Positions 53,006 through 64,000 of a DNA stretch of 64,000 nt are shown here, piece after piece. Under the pieces are notes generated by a model that saw nothing but the letters and a program-made list of their open reading frames with translations, did no database searches and was not told the DNA's origin. The stretch lies in the NCBI RefSeq assembly GCF_009914755.1, contig NC_060939.1. The stretch is one strand, 5' to 3'. The translations under genes and the position numbers were made by a program. This DNA comes from the human T2T-CHM13v2.0 reference genome, Homo sapiens. Position 1 is the first letter of the stretch. Every line of letters begins with the position of its first letter.

Positions 53006-54766
53006 CTAGTGTTCCTGCATCTTCTCCTCCTGCTGCCGCAGCCTCACTTCCTGCTCCCGCATCTTCTCCTCCTGCCTCCGCATCTTCTCCTCCTGTTCTT
53101 GCATCTTCTCTTCCTGCTCACACATCTTCTCCTCCTGCTCCCACATCTTCTCTTCCTGTTCCTGCATCATCTCCTCCTGCTCTCGTATCTTCTCCTCCTG
53201 CTCCCGTATCTTCTTCTCCTGCTCCCTTATCTTCTCCTCCTGCCTCCGCATCTTCTCCTCCTGTTCTTGCATCTTCGCTTCCTGCTCACACATCTTCCCC
53301 TCCTGCTCCCCCATCTTCTCTTCCTGTTCCTGCATCATCTCCTCCTGCTCTCGTATCTTCTCCTCCTGCTCCCGTATCTTCTTCTCCTGCTCCCTTATCT
53401 TCTCCTCCTGCCTCCGCATCTTCTCCTCCTGTTCTTGCATCTCCTCTTCCTGCTCCCACATCTTCTCCTCCTGCTCCCCCATCTTCTCTTCCTGTTCCTG
53501 CATCATCTCCTCCTGCTCTCGTATCTTCTCCTCCTGCTCCCATATCTTCTCCTCCTGCTCCCGTATCTTCTCCTTCTGCTCCCGTATCTTCTCCTCCTGC
53601 TCCCTTATCTTCTCCTCCTGCCTCCGCATCTTCTCCTGTTCTTGCATCTTCTCTTCCTGCTCCCCCATCTTCTCTTCCTGTTCCTGCATCATCTCCTCCT
53701 GCTCTCGTATCTTCTCCTCCTGCTCCCGTATCTTCTCCTGCTCCCGTATCTTCTCCTCCTGCTCCCTTATCTTCTCCTCCTGCTTCCACATCTTCTCCTC
53801 CTGCTCCTGCCTCTTTTCCTCCTGCTCCCGTATCTTCTCCTCCTGCCTCCACACCTTCTCCTCCTGCTCCCGTATCTTCTCCTCCTGCCTCCACATCTTA
53901 TCCTCCTGCTCCTGCCTCTTCTCCTCCTCCCATATCTTCTCCTGCTCATGCATCTTCTCTTCCTCCCTCCACATCTCCTCCTGCTCCCGTATCTTCTCCT
54001 CCTGCCTCCACATCTTCTCCTCCTGCTCCCGTATCTTCTCCTCCTGCCTCCACACCTTCTCCTCCTGCTCCCGTATCTTCTCCTCCTGGTCGTGCATCTT
54101 CTCCTCCTGCCTCCACACCTTCTCCTCCTGCTTCCGTATCTTCTCCTCCTGCTCGTGCATCTTCTCCTTTTGCCTCCATATCTCCTCCTGCTCCCTTATC
54201 TTCTCCTCCTGCCTCCACATCTCCTCCTGCTCCTGCCTCTTCTCCTCCTCCCGTATCTTCTCCTGCTCGTGAATCTTCTCCTCCTGCCTCCACATCTTTT
54301 TCTCCTGCTCCCGTATCTTCTCTTCCTGCTCCCGTATCTTCTCCTCCTGCCTCCACATCTTCGCCTCCTGCTCCTGCCTCTTCTCCTGCTCGCGTATCTT
54401 CTCCTCCTCCTGCCTCTTCTCTTCCTGCTCCCGTATCTTCTCCTGCTCGTGCATCTTCTCTTCCAGCTCCCGTATCTTCTCCTCCTTCTCCCACATCATC
54501 TCCTCCTGCCTCCGCATCTTCTCCTCCTTCTCCCACATCATCTCCTCCTGCCTCCGCATCTTCTCCTCCTGCTCCCGTATCTTCTCCTCCTGCTCCTGTA
54601 TCTTCTCCTCCCGCTCCTGTATCTTCTCCTCCTGCCTCCACATCTTCTCCTCCTGTTGCTGGTTCAGGCGGTTCCACAACTCGTTCTCTTCCACCTGGGC
54701 TTGGAGCTTTGCTGACACACTCTGCAGCTCCTTACCCAGGTGGTCAGCCTCCGCCTGCAGCTGCTG
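53006..54766 (-). CDS. GOLGA6L24: GOLGA6L coding exon 8, E/Q/K/R-rich coiled-coil repeat (QQLQAEADHLGKELQSVSAKLQ...KMQEH*)
   Basis: ttccag|CAG CAG CTG; 586 codons open to TAG at 53008-53006; ORF 53006..54718. Confidence 0.92.
   Translation of the reverse strand, partial: QQLQAEADHLGKELQSVSAKLQAQVEENELWNRLNQQQEEKMWRQEEKIQEREEKIQEQEEKIREQEEKMRRQEEMMWEKEEKMRRQEEMMWEKEEKIRELEEKMHEQEKIREQEEKRQEEEKIREQEKRQEQEAKMWRQEEKIREQEEKIREQEKKMWRQEEKIHEQEKIREEEKRQEQEEMWRQEEKIREQEEIWRQKEKMHEQEEKIRKQEEKVWRQEEKMHDQEEKIREQEEKVWRQEEKIREQEEKMWRQEEKIREQEEMWREEEKMHEQEKIWEEEKRQEQEDKMWRQEEKIREQEEKVWRQEEKIREQEEKRQEQEEKMWKQEEKIREQEEKIREQEKIREQEEKIREQEEMMQEQEEKMGEQEEKMQEQEKMRRQEEKIREQEEKIREQKEKIREQEEKIWEQEEKIREQEEMMQEQEEKMGEQEEKMWEQEEEMQEQEEKMRRQEEKIREQEKKIREQEEKIREQEEMMQEQEEKMGEQEGKMCEQEAKMQEQEEKMRRQEEKIREQEKKIREQEEKIREQEEMMQEQEEKMWEQEEKMCEQEEKMQEQEEKMRRQEEKMREQEVRLRQQEEKMQEH
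53012..54660. repeat. Coding VNTR, ~21-bp unit (CGGGAGCAGGAGGAGAAGATA-like on minus) with 18-bp variants and 168-bp higher-order blocks
   Basis: Direct reading; marker cctgcctccgcatcttctcctcctgttcttgcatc recurs at 53071, 53239 and 53407. Confidence 0.95.
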
Positions 54767-54842
54767 CTGGAATAGTGAAAGTGTTTTTTTGAACCTCAGA
54801 AGGAAGCAGAATCATGAGCTAGCCACATAAATGTAATCTATA

Positions 54843-55162
<320 letters not shown>

Positions 55163-55422
55163 TGTAATCTGTAAAATAATGGTTTTCATCCATGATCCTT
55201 TAAAAAAATATTTTTAAGCCCTAACTCTTGAGATTCTGATTCCCCAGGCAGGGCCCCAATTTGTACATTTTTAGTACACTCTAGAGGATTCTATGGCGGG
55301 GCCAGAACAAGGACCCAAATTTTCCAGCTCTTGGCTGGAGCCTCCCCATACCCTGCATGATCCCTAGACCATGGTCCCAGCTGGATGGGTCTCCCACAAC
55401 CCCCGGGGCTGCAGCTGCTCAC

Positions 55423-55564
55423 CTGTGGCAGCAGGAGCTTGGCCCTCTCCAGTTTCCTTTTTAGCTCCTTTACGTTGAGCTGGATCTCAGACTTTTCAGA
55501 TTCTACAAGTTGAAGTTTTTCTTGTAGTTTGGCATTTTTCTCCTTCAGCTCCTCATCAGTTATG
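55423..55564 (-). CDS. GOLGA6L24: GOLGA6L coding exon 7 (ITDEELKEKNAKLQEKL...RAKLLLPQ)
   Basis: ccatag|C ATA ... CAG|gtgag. Confidence 0.88.
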
Positions 55565-55894
55565 CTATGGCCAGAGGCAGTAGAGAAAGGAATGAATGAA
55601 GAACATAAAAGACCACTTTGGTGATTGACCCCCTACCCTCGCCCCACAACCACAGAACCGTGGCGCTGGAAGGGACCCCAGGAATTAAAAGTCCCAGGTG
55701 GCAGGCCAGAGAGAAGACATGAGTTGCCTGAGGCTACCCCATGAGTCAGTGGCACAGCCAGCACTAGAGCTTCCGTGTGCACACATGAAAACATGTATGA
55801 GCCTCTCCCCACACTCACCTGGACCCCCCACCTCCCAGCACACCACCCATGCTAAGGGCCCCCAGACCTCCCATTCCACCTTCCCCCATCCTAC

Positions 55895-55953
55895 GTGTTC
55901 CTGTACAGTTCCAGACTCAGGGCGTCCCTCTCCTTTGTTAACTCCTCAATGTA
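55895..55953 (-). CDS. GOLGA6L24: GOLGA6L coding exon 6 (YIEELTKERDALSLELYRNT)
   Basis: ttgcag|TAC ... AAC AC|gtagg. Confidence 0.88.
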
Positions 55954-55984
55954 CTGCAAATAGAGAAAGGTTAAGTCAGGATAG

Positions 55985-56611
<627 letters not shown>

Positions 56612-57331
56612 TAATCCTCACAACCTCCATAGGAGACGGTTACCATTATTACCTCTATTGTGTAGATGAAAAACATGCGGTATTAAAGGTTAAGTGCTGC
56701 CTAAGATCACTTGGAGCTGGCATTTCAACACCCAGGTATATCTGATTCTCTAAGCCCATTCTTCCGCTGGAGGTAGGGGCACAGTTAAGAAGGAGGAAAT
56801 TAATCCTTTGTTGAATTTTTGAAAGGATGATACGTTCGCATAGTCCAAAACTCAGAAAGTCCAGAAGGGAAATATCTCCCCCCAACACTGTGCCTCTATC
56901 CTGAGTTTTTTAATGAATCCTTACAAACGTGTTTTATGTATGTTACCATAATACGTACACACACACACATATACACCTGCCCCCTCTCTCCACACAAATA
57001 ATAACATACTCAAGATACTCTTCTGTACCTTTATGGTACAAGTACCCTAACCGCCACTTAGGACTTGGCCAAGGCCACAGCCAAGTATGGGCAGGGCGGG
57101 CACTTGGCCTCTGAGATCTATGTCCAGTGCTCGCTCCTCACAGTGCTCCCCAACTCACCCACAACAGCCGACTCAGCCCCAGTCTGCCTCTAACAACCAC
57201 ACACAAAAGCAGCAAGAAATGGCCATGCTGCCTTCTGGGCAGGACACTCCATCCTACAGAAGGGACCTTTAGGCTCACTCCTCCATCTGCGAAGCTGGGC
57301 TCCCAAGGGACGGGGCCGTGTTTGGACTCAC

Positions 57332-57438
57332 CCTATCCGCCTTCTTCTTCTGTGTAGCGACAGCAGAGAGAGCCTGCTCTAACTCTCCTGCAAACTTCCA
57401 TGAATCATGCAGGCGGCTGATCAGATCCCTGGCCTCTC
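57332..57438 (-). CDS. GOLGA6L24: GOLGA6L coding exon 5 (GEARDLISRLHDSWKFAGELEQALSAVATQKKKADR)
   Basis: ttccag|GA ... AGG|gtgagt. Confidence 0.88.
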
Positions 57439-57533
57439 CTGGAATGAGAGACATTCAGATGTGGCCCAAAGGACTCCCCCTAAAGGCCTGTCAAAGTGCC
57501 AGGTTGAAGGATGATGGGGTGCCAGATTCCCAC

Positions 57534-57627
57534 CTTCCAACTGCTTGACAGCATGCTGGCTGTAGTAAAGTGCCATCTGAAGCTCAGTTTTCTGACATGT
57601 AAGGATTCGTATGGTTTGAACCTGGGC
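57534..57627 (-). CDS. GOLGA6L24: GOLGA6L coding exon 4 (AQVQTIRILTCQKTELQMALYYSQHAVKQLE)
   Basis: ccaaag|GCC ... GAAG|gtggg; ORF 57421..57711. Confidence 0.88.
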
Positions 57628-57715
57628 CTTTGGGAGAAAAGACAAGCAAATGCTGAAAGAGAAGCAAAGAAACATTCTCCAGAGGGCAGGAGGGAACTTC
57701 ACACCCTCCACTCAC

Positions 57716-57766
57716 CTCTAGCTCCCTCCTTAGGGCTTCCTGATGTTGGTGGCTTGCCTTCTGTTC
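57716..57766 (-). CDS. GOLGA6L24: GOLGA6L coding exon 3 (EQKASHQHQEALRRELE)
   Basis: ctatag|GAA ... GAG|gtgag. Confidence 0.88.
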
Positions 57767-58026
57767 CTATAGAAAGAGGAAAACAGAGCTCTTGCTAGGG
57801 GGAGGCAGAGATGGCACAGCAAGAGACATGCCCCCAGAATGGCACCACTGCCCCAGAACAGGCCCACCCATGGGACCAGTTTATCAGGGACCCTGTGGGG
57901 ATGGGGTGGAATCTTGGGGGTGAGCCTTCTTCCCCAGGCTGGGAGTGGGTGAGATGAGCCTGGGGCCTCTACATCTGAGTGCCCCCAAACCCAGCGGTCA
58001 TGTCGTGAGCAAAGAAATCACACGAC

Positions 58027-58056
58027 TTCTTCCAGCTGAGCTCGGTTCTATTGTTT
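58027..58056 (-). pseudogene. Dead 30-nt golgin micro-exon (KQ*NRAQLEE) in GOLGA6L intron 2
   Basis: ctccccacag|AAA CAA TAG AAC CGA GCT CAG CTG GAA GAA|gtcgtg; resembles the GOLGA6 xQQNRAQLxE exon. Confidence 0.75.
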
Positions 58057-58852
58057 CTGTGGGGAGAGTCAAAGGAAGGTGACTGAGGGTGGCCCCCTTG
58101 ACTCTATTCCCCAGGCCAGGAAGCGATAGGCAGGGGCCAGGAATGGATTTAAAAGGCACAGTTCTCAGACCCAATGGGAACATGAACTGGTCAACTCTCC
58201 TCAACTCCCAAAGAAGAAGGATTTGGGTCTTTTTGGTTTTTGCCCACAGCCACAGAACTCAAAGTCTGAAACTAGATTCTCTTGAAAAGACAGTAACAGA
58301 AACCTTCAGAGGTGGAGTGCGAGAAAAGCCCACCCTTCCGCCAGCTTGTGATTTAGAAAGGTGCATTCACTCAGCAAACGTTGAGCACATACGGGCCAGG
58401 GACGGTTCTTCACAGCGGGAATAGAGGTCAGAAAAGGCAGACAGGAGCCCTTGGCCCCGAGGTTTCCATTCTAGTGGGCCTTTAACTCTCGGGCTCTCAG
58501 AGCTAACAGAAACCTCTGATACTCTCTAACTCTACCTCAGGAAACGCAAGCCCAAGAAGGAGAGTTTACAGCAGGTCCTGGACGAGGGATTAACATAAAA
58601 ACACAATGACAAATCTCATTTAAACTTCACAAATGTAAGGAAAACAATACCACTCGTATTTTACGGATGTGAAAAGAGAGGCCCAAAGAGCTCAAGCAAT
58701 TTGCGCTAAATCATATCCCTAGCAGATGGAGGGGTAGGATTCAAACCCAGAATTCTTAGCCAGTACCTGGCAGTTCTTCCACAATCTTAACAATTACCCT
58801 CCACCACCCCTTGGGCCCTCTGTCCCCAGGAGCCCGGCCAGCCAAGACTCAC

Positions 58853-58981
58853 ATCCTCAGGCGAGTGGCAACCACCAGAAGTGGTTGTCTCAGGGTTAGT
58901 GCCATTATTTATTTTCTTCTTTTTGGTGTCGCTTGCTGCTGTACCAACACTAGGGTTGGTCTGGGGATGATGGTCTGTCAA
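58853..58981 (-). CDS. GOLGA6L24: GOLGA6L coding exon 2 (LTDHHPQ...GGCHSPED)
   Basis: ccacag|TTG ... GAT|gtgagt; ORF 58787..59035. Confidence 0.9.
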
Positions 58982-60627
58982 CTGTGGAAAGGAAGAGCAG
59001 TGATACTCATGAGAACTACAAGCTCCTACAGTCACATCCTGCTTTACAGTTTATACTAAATACTCTTATAGACCATCTGATTTAATGCCACCAACTGTAG
59101 GAAATGTTGTCACAATCACTTAGTGACTGAGAGAGATTGATACCATGGCTGAAAAAAAAGGCAGTAATGGAACTTAAACTCAGTCTTCTGACTCTGAGCT
59201 CTGGGATTTTGCCCTAAATCAGCAGCTGCCAGGGACCAAAACCAGAGGCAGAGGTAGAAAAGCAAATATTAAGTAGGCAGGAACTGTGCACTATGTGGTT
59301 TAGGGTTATTCACCCTCACACGTCTGTTAGTGTTAAAAAGTACACCAGTACCTCTCAAACCTTTACATCAATGTCTCCTCATGGCAGAAGGCAGCCTTTC
59401 TGCTAAATCTGGGAATTTAACAGAAAGAGGACAACCCAAGCCTCATTTCAGAGAGAAGTCTTGTATACGCTTATAAATCTATGTGACTTTCATCCCTAAG
59501 TACATTAATGTTTTGTCTCTCAATAGAATCAAGGGAAACTGATGCTTGAGAAAGATGCCCCATATTTATCCTGTGGCACTCAAAGTACCCCAGGTTGAGA
59601 TGAGATGAGGAAGACTCAAGCTAAGTTCAGTTTCCCAAGATCTGTTCCACAGAAGATAAGCAGATCTCACTCCAGAACCAGTGACTGAGGGGCACTCTGG
59701 TCCCAGAACAATGGAGAATTCAAATCTGAGGTGCAGAACTGAGAAAAAATGTTAAAATCTCTCTGGAGAGTAGAAGCCTGGGAGAAAACCAAACCAAACC
59801 CGTTCTCCCATTGCCACCCAGAGACACTGTCAACGTGTTGAGCTCCTGGGGGAGGTGTAGGCTTTTCACACTGTCAAGGTCTGTGGTAAGGAAGTCAGGC
59901 AGCCTGAAACCTCTCTCTTCTAGGTCCCACAGTCCCCATTCCCCTTCCAGCTGGAAACCTGTGCTGCAACCAGAGGAAACAGAAGTGGGCAAGAACACTT
60001 AGGGGACTGGGTCCTAAGACCAAAGGCCGGTCTTGTGGTAGTAATGACAGTTTGTAGCGGGACTGTGACATCACTACATTCTACTCCTCGGTGGAGTGGT
60101 TGGGGGGGACACATGAGTGCAATGCCCAAGTTGCCGCTTTGAGACTGGGGAGGGGGTCACAAAATTGGGAGCCAGGTCCTTGGAGACGTGACCCCAAAGA
60201 GCCCCGGGAGGTCAGGCTTGGGGCGGCAGGAGGTGAGGGCCAATTAAGGAGCAAGGAGCTCCAGGAGTCACATCCCCAAAGTCACCCTGTGGCAACTGGT
60301 GAGGGCAGGTTCTGGGGCACCCAGGTCCTTGGAGCTGTGAGCTCAAGGAGCCCAGGGAGGTCGGGTTTGGGGTAGCAGGAGGTAAGGGCGGAGTATGGAG
60401 TTGGAAGCCCCAGGAGTCACCTGCTCAAAGTCACCCTGGTGTGCCGGGCAGAGCAGGGGCAGGACTTATGAGGGGGTTGGGCTGGCTGACAAGATTTTGG
60501 TGTGGGGAGCCCAGAGGCACTGGGGTGGGGGGCCCAGCCTGGTGTCCCTCAGGAGTGGCACAGACTCTGGCAGCAGTTCGGCTGTCAGAGGGGGCCTCGG
60601 GTTGGGTTGGGGTGTTGGTGCGTTTAC

Positions 60628-60771
60628 CTGTTCCTTGGCCTCGGCCAATTTGCTCTGTCTGGTTTCTTTGGACATCATAGGATGGGTAGGGAGGTGGGGA
60701 TGGGTAGGGAGGTGGGGATGGGTAGGGAGGTGGGGATGGGTAGGGAGGTGGGGTTGGGGCCACATCAGCAT
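60628..60771 (-). CDS. GOLGA6L24: GOLGA6L coding exon 1 (MLMWPQP(HLPTHP)nMMSKETRQSKLAEAKEQ)
   Basis: ATG at 60771; donor CAG|gtaaac; ORF 60466..60771. Confidence 0.9.
60680..60751. repeat. 18-bp coding minisatellite GGATGGGTAGGGAGGTGG x4 (HPHLPT repeat)
   Basis: Units at 60680, 60698, 60716 and 60734. Confidence 0.95.
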
Positions 60772-60799
60772 GATCCAGGTGAGGACAAGTATATACCTC

Positions 60800-61035
60800 C
60801 AGTCACCTCTACGTCGCTGTGTGACTGAGCCAGAGGAGGCGTAACCAGGGCTGCACTAGAATGCAGAATAGGGGTGTGGCCTTCATGCTTGAAGCCCATT
60901 GGTCAATGAGAAAGATGAAAGGAAAAGGAGGTGTGGCCAGACAGCAGCGTGTCATCAAGGACCTGTGTTGTCACAAGGAAAGCTGCCTATGCAACCGCTG
61001 TCCCCGCCCACTCCAGGAGAGGGGCGGGGCTGGCT
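60800..61035 (-). promoter_or_regulatory. Putative GOLGA6L proximal promoter
   Basis: CCAAT on minus (attgg ~60898-60902); GC boxes ccccgccc ~61002 and ggggcgggg ~61021; directly upstream of the ATG exon. Confidence 0.5.
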
Positions 61036-61267
61036 TTCACTTTAAAAACTTTAAAACTTTATTACCTCAATTGAGGTACAAGTCCTATTAAAATGGAAAT
61101 TTTATAGTGTGCTTGATGATTGATAAAGCAGACTTTATTATCCAACATTCCAATAAGATAATCACAATGTTTTCTCTTTTTTGGAAAAACTTTCTCTTAT
61201 TCTCCTACATTAGCGTTTAGTTTTTTTAAAAAAAACAAACAAACAAGAAACATGTCTAATATCTTTA

Positions 61268-61622
<355 letters not shown>

Positions 61623-62009
61623 AAGGCTTTCCATTTAATAAGCACTCAAAGTTCTTTACAAGGTTAAAGCAAATACAGGACCCTTCTAAAGTAAGGCTAA
61701 ATGCTAAGTGATGGGGGAGAGAAAAAGGACATAAATAACTCCTACTCTCATGAGTTAATCACTAAATCCGATTTTTCTAGAATCACCTGGCCTCTAAGCC
61801 CTGAAAATGAAACTGAATTTCTCACTCGATACTTGGCTATGACTTGCAATCATAAAAACCAAGAATTGTGTTATGTCACTGTGTATTGCTTGTTACCTGG
61901 GATCAAGGGTTGACTTTTTCATGATTTGCTCCATTACCTGTGTGCTTCTTCTCCCAGTCCAAACTACGCTTTTTTCTAGAGATCTACAATTTACAGTTAG
62001 TATGTAAGG

Positions 62010-62172
62010 GTGGCTCTCAAACATGTAGTCTCCGGACCAGGAGCACCTGGGAACTTCTTATAAATGTAAATTCTCAGGCCCCACCCTAGACATGAATGAA
62101 TCAGAAACTCTGCAGTAGGGCCCAGCAATCCGTGCTGCAATAATCCCTCCAGGTGCTCAGGAACCTCTGCCA
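62010..62172. mobile_element. MER5A-type DNA transposon
   Basis: cacctgggaactt.tta.aaatg.aaattctcaggccccaccctagac...tgaatcagaaactctg...gggcccagcaatc.gtg. Confidence 0.85.
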
Positions 62173-62899
62173 TACAGCAGGTAGAAAAATGTGTTTCCTT
62201 CTGTAGGGCCACAGCCAGGGATACTATACGTTCTGTCTCAATATGAAACAATGACATGCAATTAAAAGACATAAATCTCCTTCCTACTTCCACCCTCCAG
62301 CCAGTGTGTTTTATTTTTATGAGTTCAATAAGAAAACGTGTGGCAATCAGAGATTTCATCTAAAAAATATATCTACAGGTATCAGTTCTCATCCAGCCTG
62401 ATCTCATCCAATATCATTTCTATCCTCTTACATCTAAAGTTTTAGAAAAGGATTTTCACAACGTAAGACTCAGGCGCACTAGGAGTTCTATGATAAAAGA
62501 CCAAGTAGATCTGAATGTCCAAACTTACTAGAGAAGAAAAGTGGACTCATTGGCTATATTTTCAAATTGCATTCAACAGGAAATTAAAGGTTTGAATTTT
62601 TTCCACCTTCATCCTTCCAAGTTAATAGAATTAAACCAGAATACTCCATTCTTCCAAAGCCTGTAGCCAGGCAAACTTTTACTGTATTACTTCTTGCTTT
62701 TCAATGGATATAAAGCAGAGTCCTGGTAGGCACATTTTGTATACCTGCAAAGATGCAAAACTAAACAGTTCCCTCGGTTCAATATTAAAACAAAAGTCCT
62801 GTAAACCTCAGATGGTGAGTGTAATACTTCAGCACTAGCACGAAAGCCTCAAATATAAAAAGATACCAAGAACCTTGCTAGCAAACCAAAGTAAGCTCT

Positions 62900-64000
62900 T
62901 GGCCGGGAGCAGTAGTTCACGCCCGTACTCCCAGCATATTGGCAAGCTAAGGTGGGGTAAGTCAGGAGTTAAAGACCAGCCTGGGCAGCATAGCGAATTC
63001 ATATCTCTACAAAGAAAATTTAAAAATTAGCTGGGCTTGGCGGCACACACCTGTAGTCCTAGAGCTACTTGGGAGGCTGAGGTGGGAAAATCACTTGAGC
63101 CCAGAAGTTTGAGGCTGCAGTAGCTATGATCATGCCACTGCACTCCAGTTGGGGTGACAGAGCGAGATCTAATTATTACATTCTGTCCTGCTCCTGTTTC
63201 CACTAAAATCACTAACTTAAAATGTGTTCATTCAGCAGGATAAAAATTAAGTGAAATTTGACTTTGGTGCTTTGCTAGCAAAAAATAAATAAAGTGAAAT
63301 GACAAATTACTTACTGGGAGAAGATCTTTGTAACCTCAATGACAGATTAAAGGTTTGTATCCTTAGCCTATAAAGAAATCTTTAAAATTACTCAGAAAAA
63401 AAAATGAATGATTTGCAGCAGAAAATGGGCAATGGAGAAACCAGCACTTCCCACAAGAATAAAAATGGCCAATGAGCAAATGAAAAAGATTCAAAAGCAC
63501 TAGAAATCAAAGAAAGGTAATGAAAACAATGAGATTTTCTGCTTAAAGACCAGCGAAGACGACAAATGGAAGGGGGAACCTGGAGCTCTGTCCCTGTTGG
63601 TGGGAGCATAAACTCAACCAATTTTCCTATAGGATGATTTGAACATTTCTTTTAAAAATCCTAAAACGGTTTTATATTATTTTCTTCTAGAAATTCTACT
63701 TCTATGAATTCAGTGCAAAAATCCTCACTCGAGTCCATTAAAATATATATAGAAGGAAATCCACCTCTGGGGTGGCAATGATTCACTTAACATACATCCA
63801 GCTGTTGAAAGTGATGATGCCAGGGTATATTTCTCCATAGAAACATGCTTAAAATATAGTAAGTGACAAAAGACCATGTATTGTGATTCTACTTTTTAAA
63901 ATGTTTACAGCATAAAAAGTGTGAAAAGCAACAAACCGGAATGTTTTGAGTGGCAAAATTAAAGATTTTTCTTTACATTTTGTCATCCAAATTATTACAA
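62900..64000 (+). mobile_element. AluJ-like (62900-63170) and old L1M fragment (~63290-64000)
   Basis: Diverged Alu; aaatggccaatgagcaaatgaaaaagattca...ctgttggtgggagcataaac L1 ORF2 3' motifs. Confidence 0.75.

Noticed and set aside
53012-54660. CRISPR-like array or other repeat-spacer system
   Set aside because: Units are contiguous degenerate tandem repeats without unique spacers, in a eukaryotic context with no cas genes. The same applies to the 18-mers at 40784 and 60680.
52888-54792. 634-aa and 568-aa + strand ORFs as protein-coding genes
   Set aside because: Antisense shadows of the GOLGA6L VNTR; the spliced golgin frame on the minus strand explains the region.
62900-63170. RN7SL pseudogene, as found near some golgin duplicons
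   Set aside because: The sequence is a dimeric AluJ-like element with no 7SL S-domain.

Overview
Human (primate) genomic DNA, Alu/L1-rich, with the layout of a chromosome 15q11-q13 segmental-duplication mosaic. It is most consistent with the 5' end of the functional HERC2 locus at 15q13.1, but HERC2P2/HERC2P3-type paralogues cannot be formally excluded without alignment. Left to right: (1) HERC2 on the minus strand, with exon 3 (2168-2282), a ~21.8-kb intron 2, exon 2 carrying the ATG (24126-24228), non-coding exon 1 and a CpG-island promoter. Intron 2 holds a nested L1 stack, a 5'-inverted L1PA2-like insertion, a U2 snRNA 5' fragment and an intact-ORF RPL41 retrocopy inside an Alu. (2) An Alu-dense spacer. 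(3) An inverted (+ strand) partial HERC2 duplicate with four internal exons (about exons 17-20) and a frameshift. (4) An Alu-free GC-rich block carrying a single CHRNB4 exon-2 copy with intact splice sites. (5) A GOLGA6L-family golgin gene on the minus strand: eight coding exons, ~828 aa, a ~1.6-kb coding VNTR, a stop-containing dead micro-exon and a TAG at the last donor. No CRISPR, tRNA, rRNA or prokaryotic-type system is present. The best candidate for something undescribed is a co-oriented + strand cassette of HERC2 and CHRNB4 exon fragments between a possibly bidirectional promoter and a convergent GOLGA6L gene; this is a hypothesis. Gene identities come from recalled reference protein/RNA sequences, not database searches. 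Repeat boundaries are approximate (+/- 10-30 nt).
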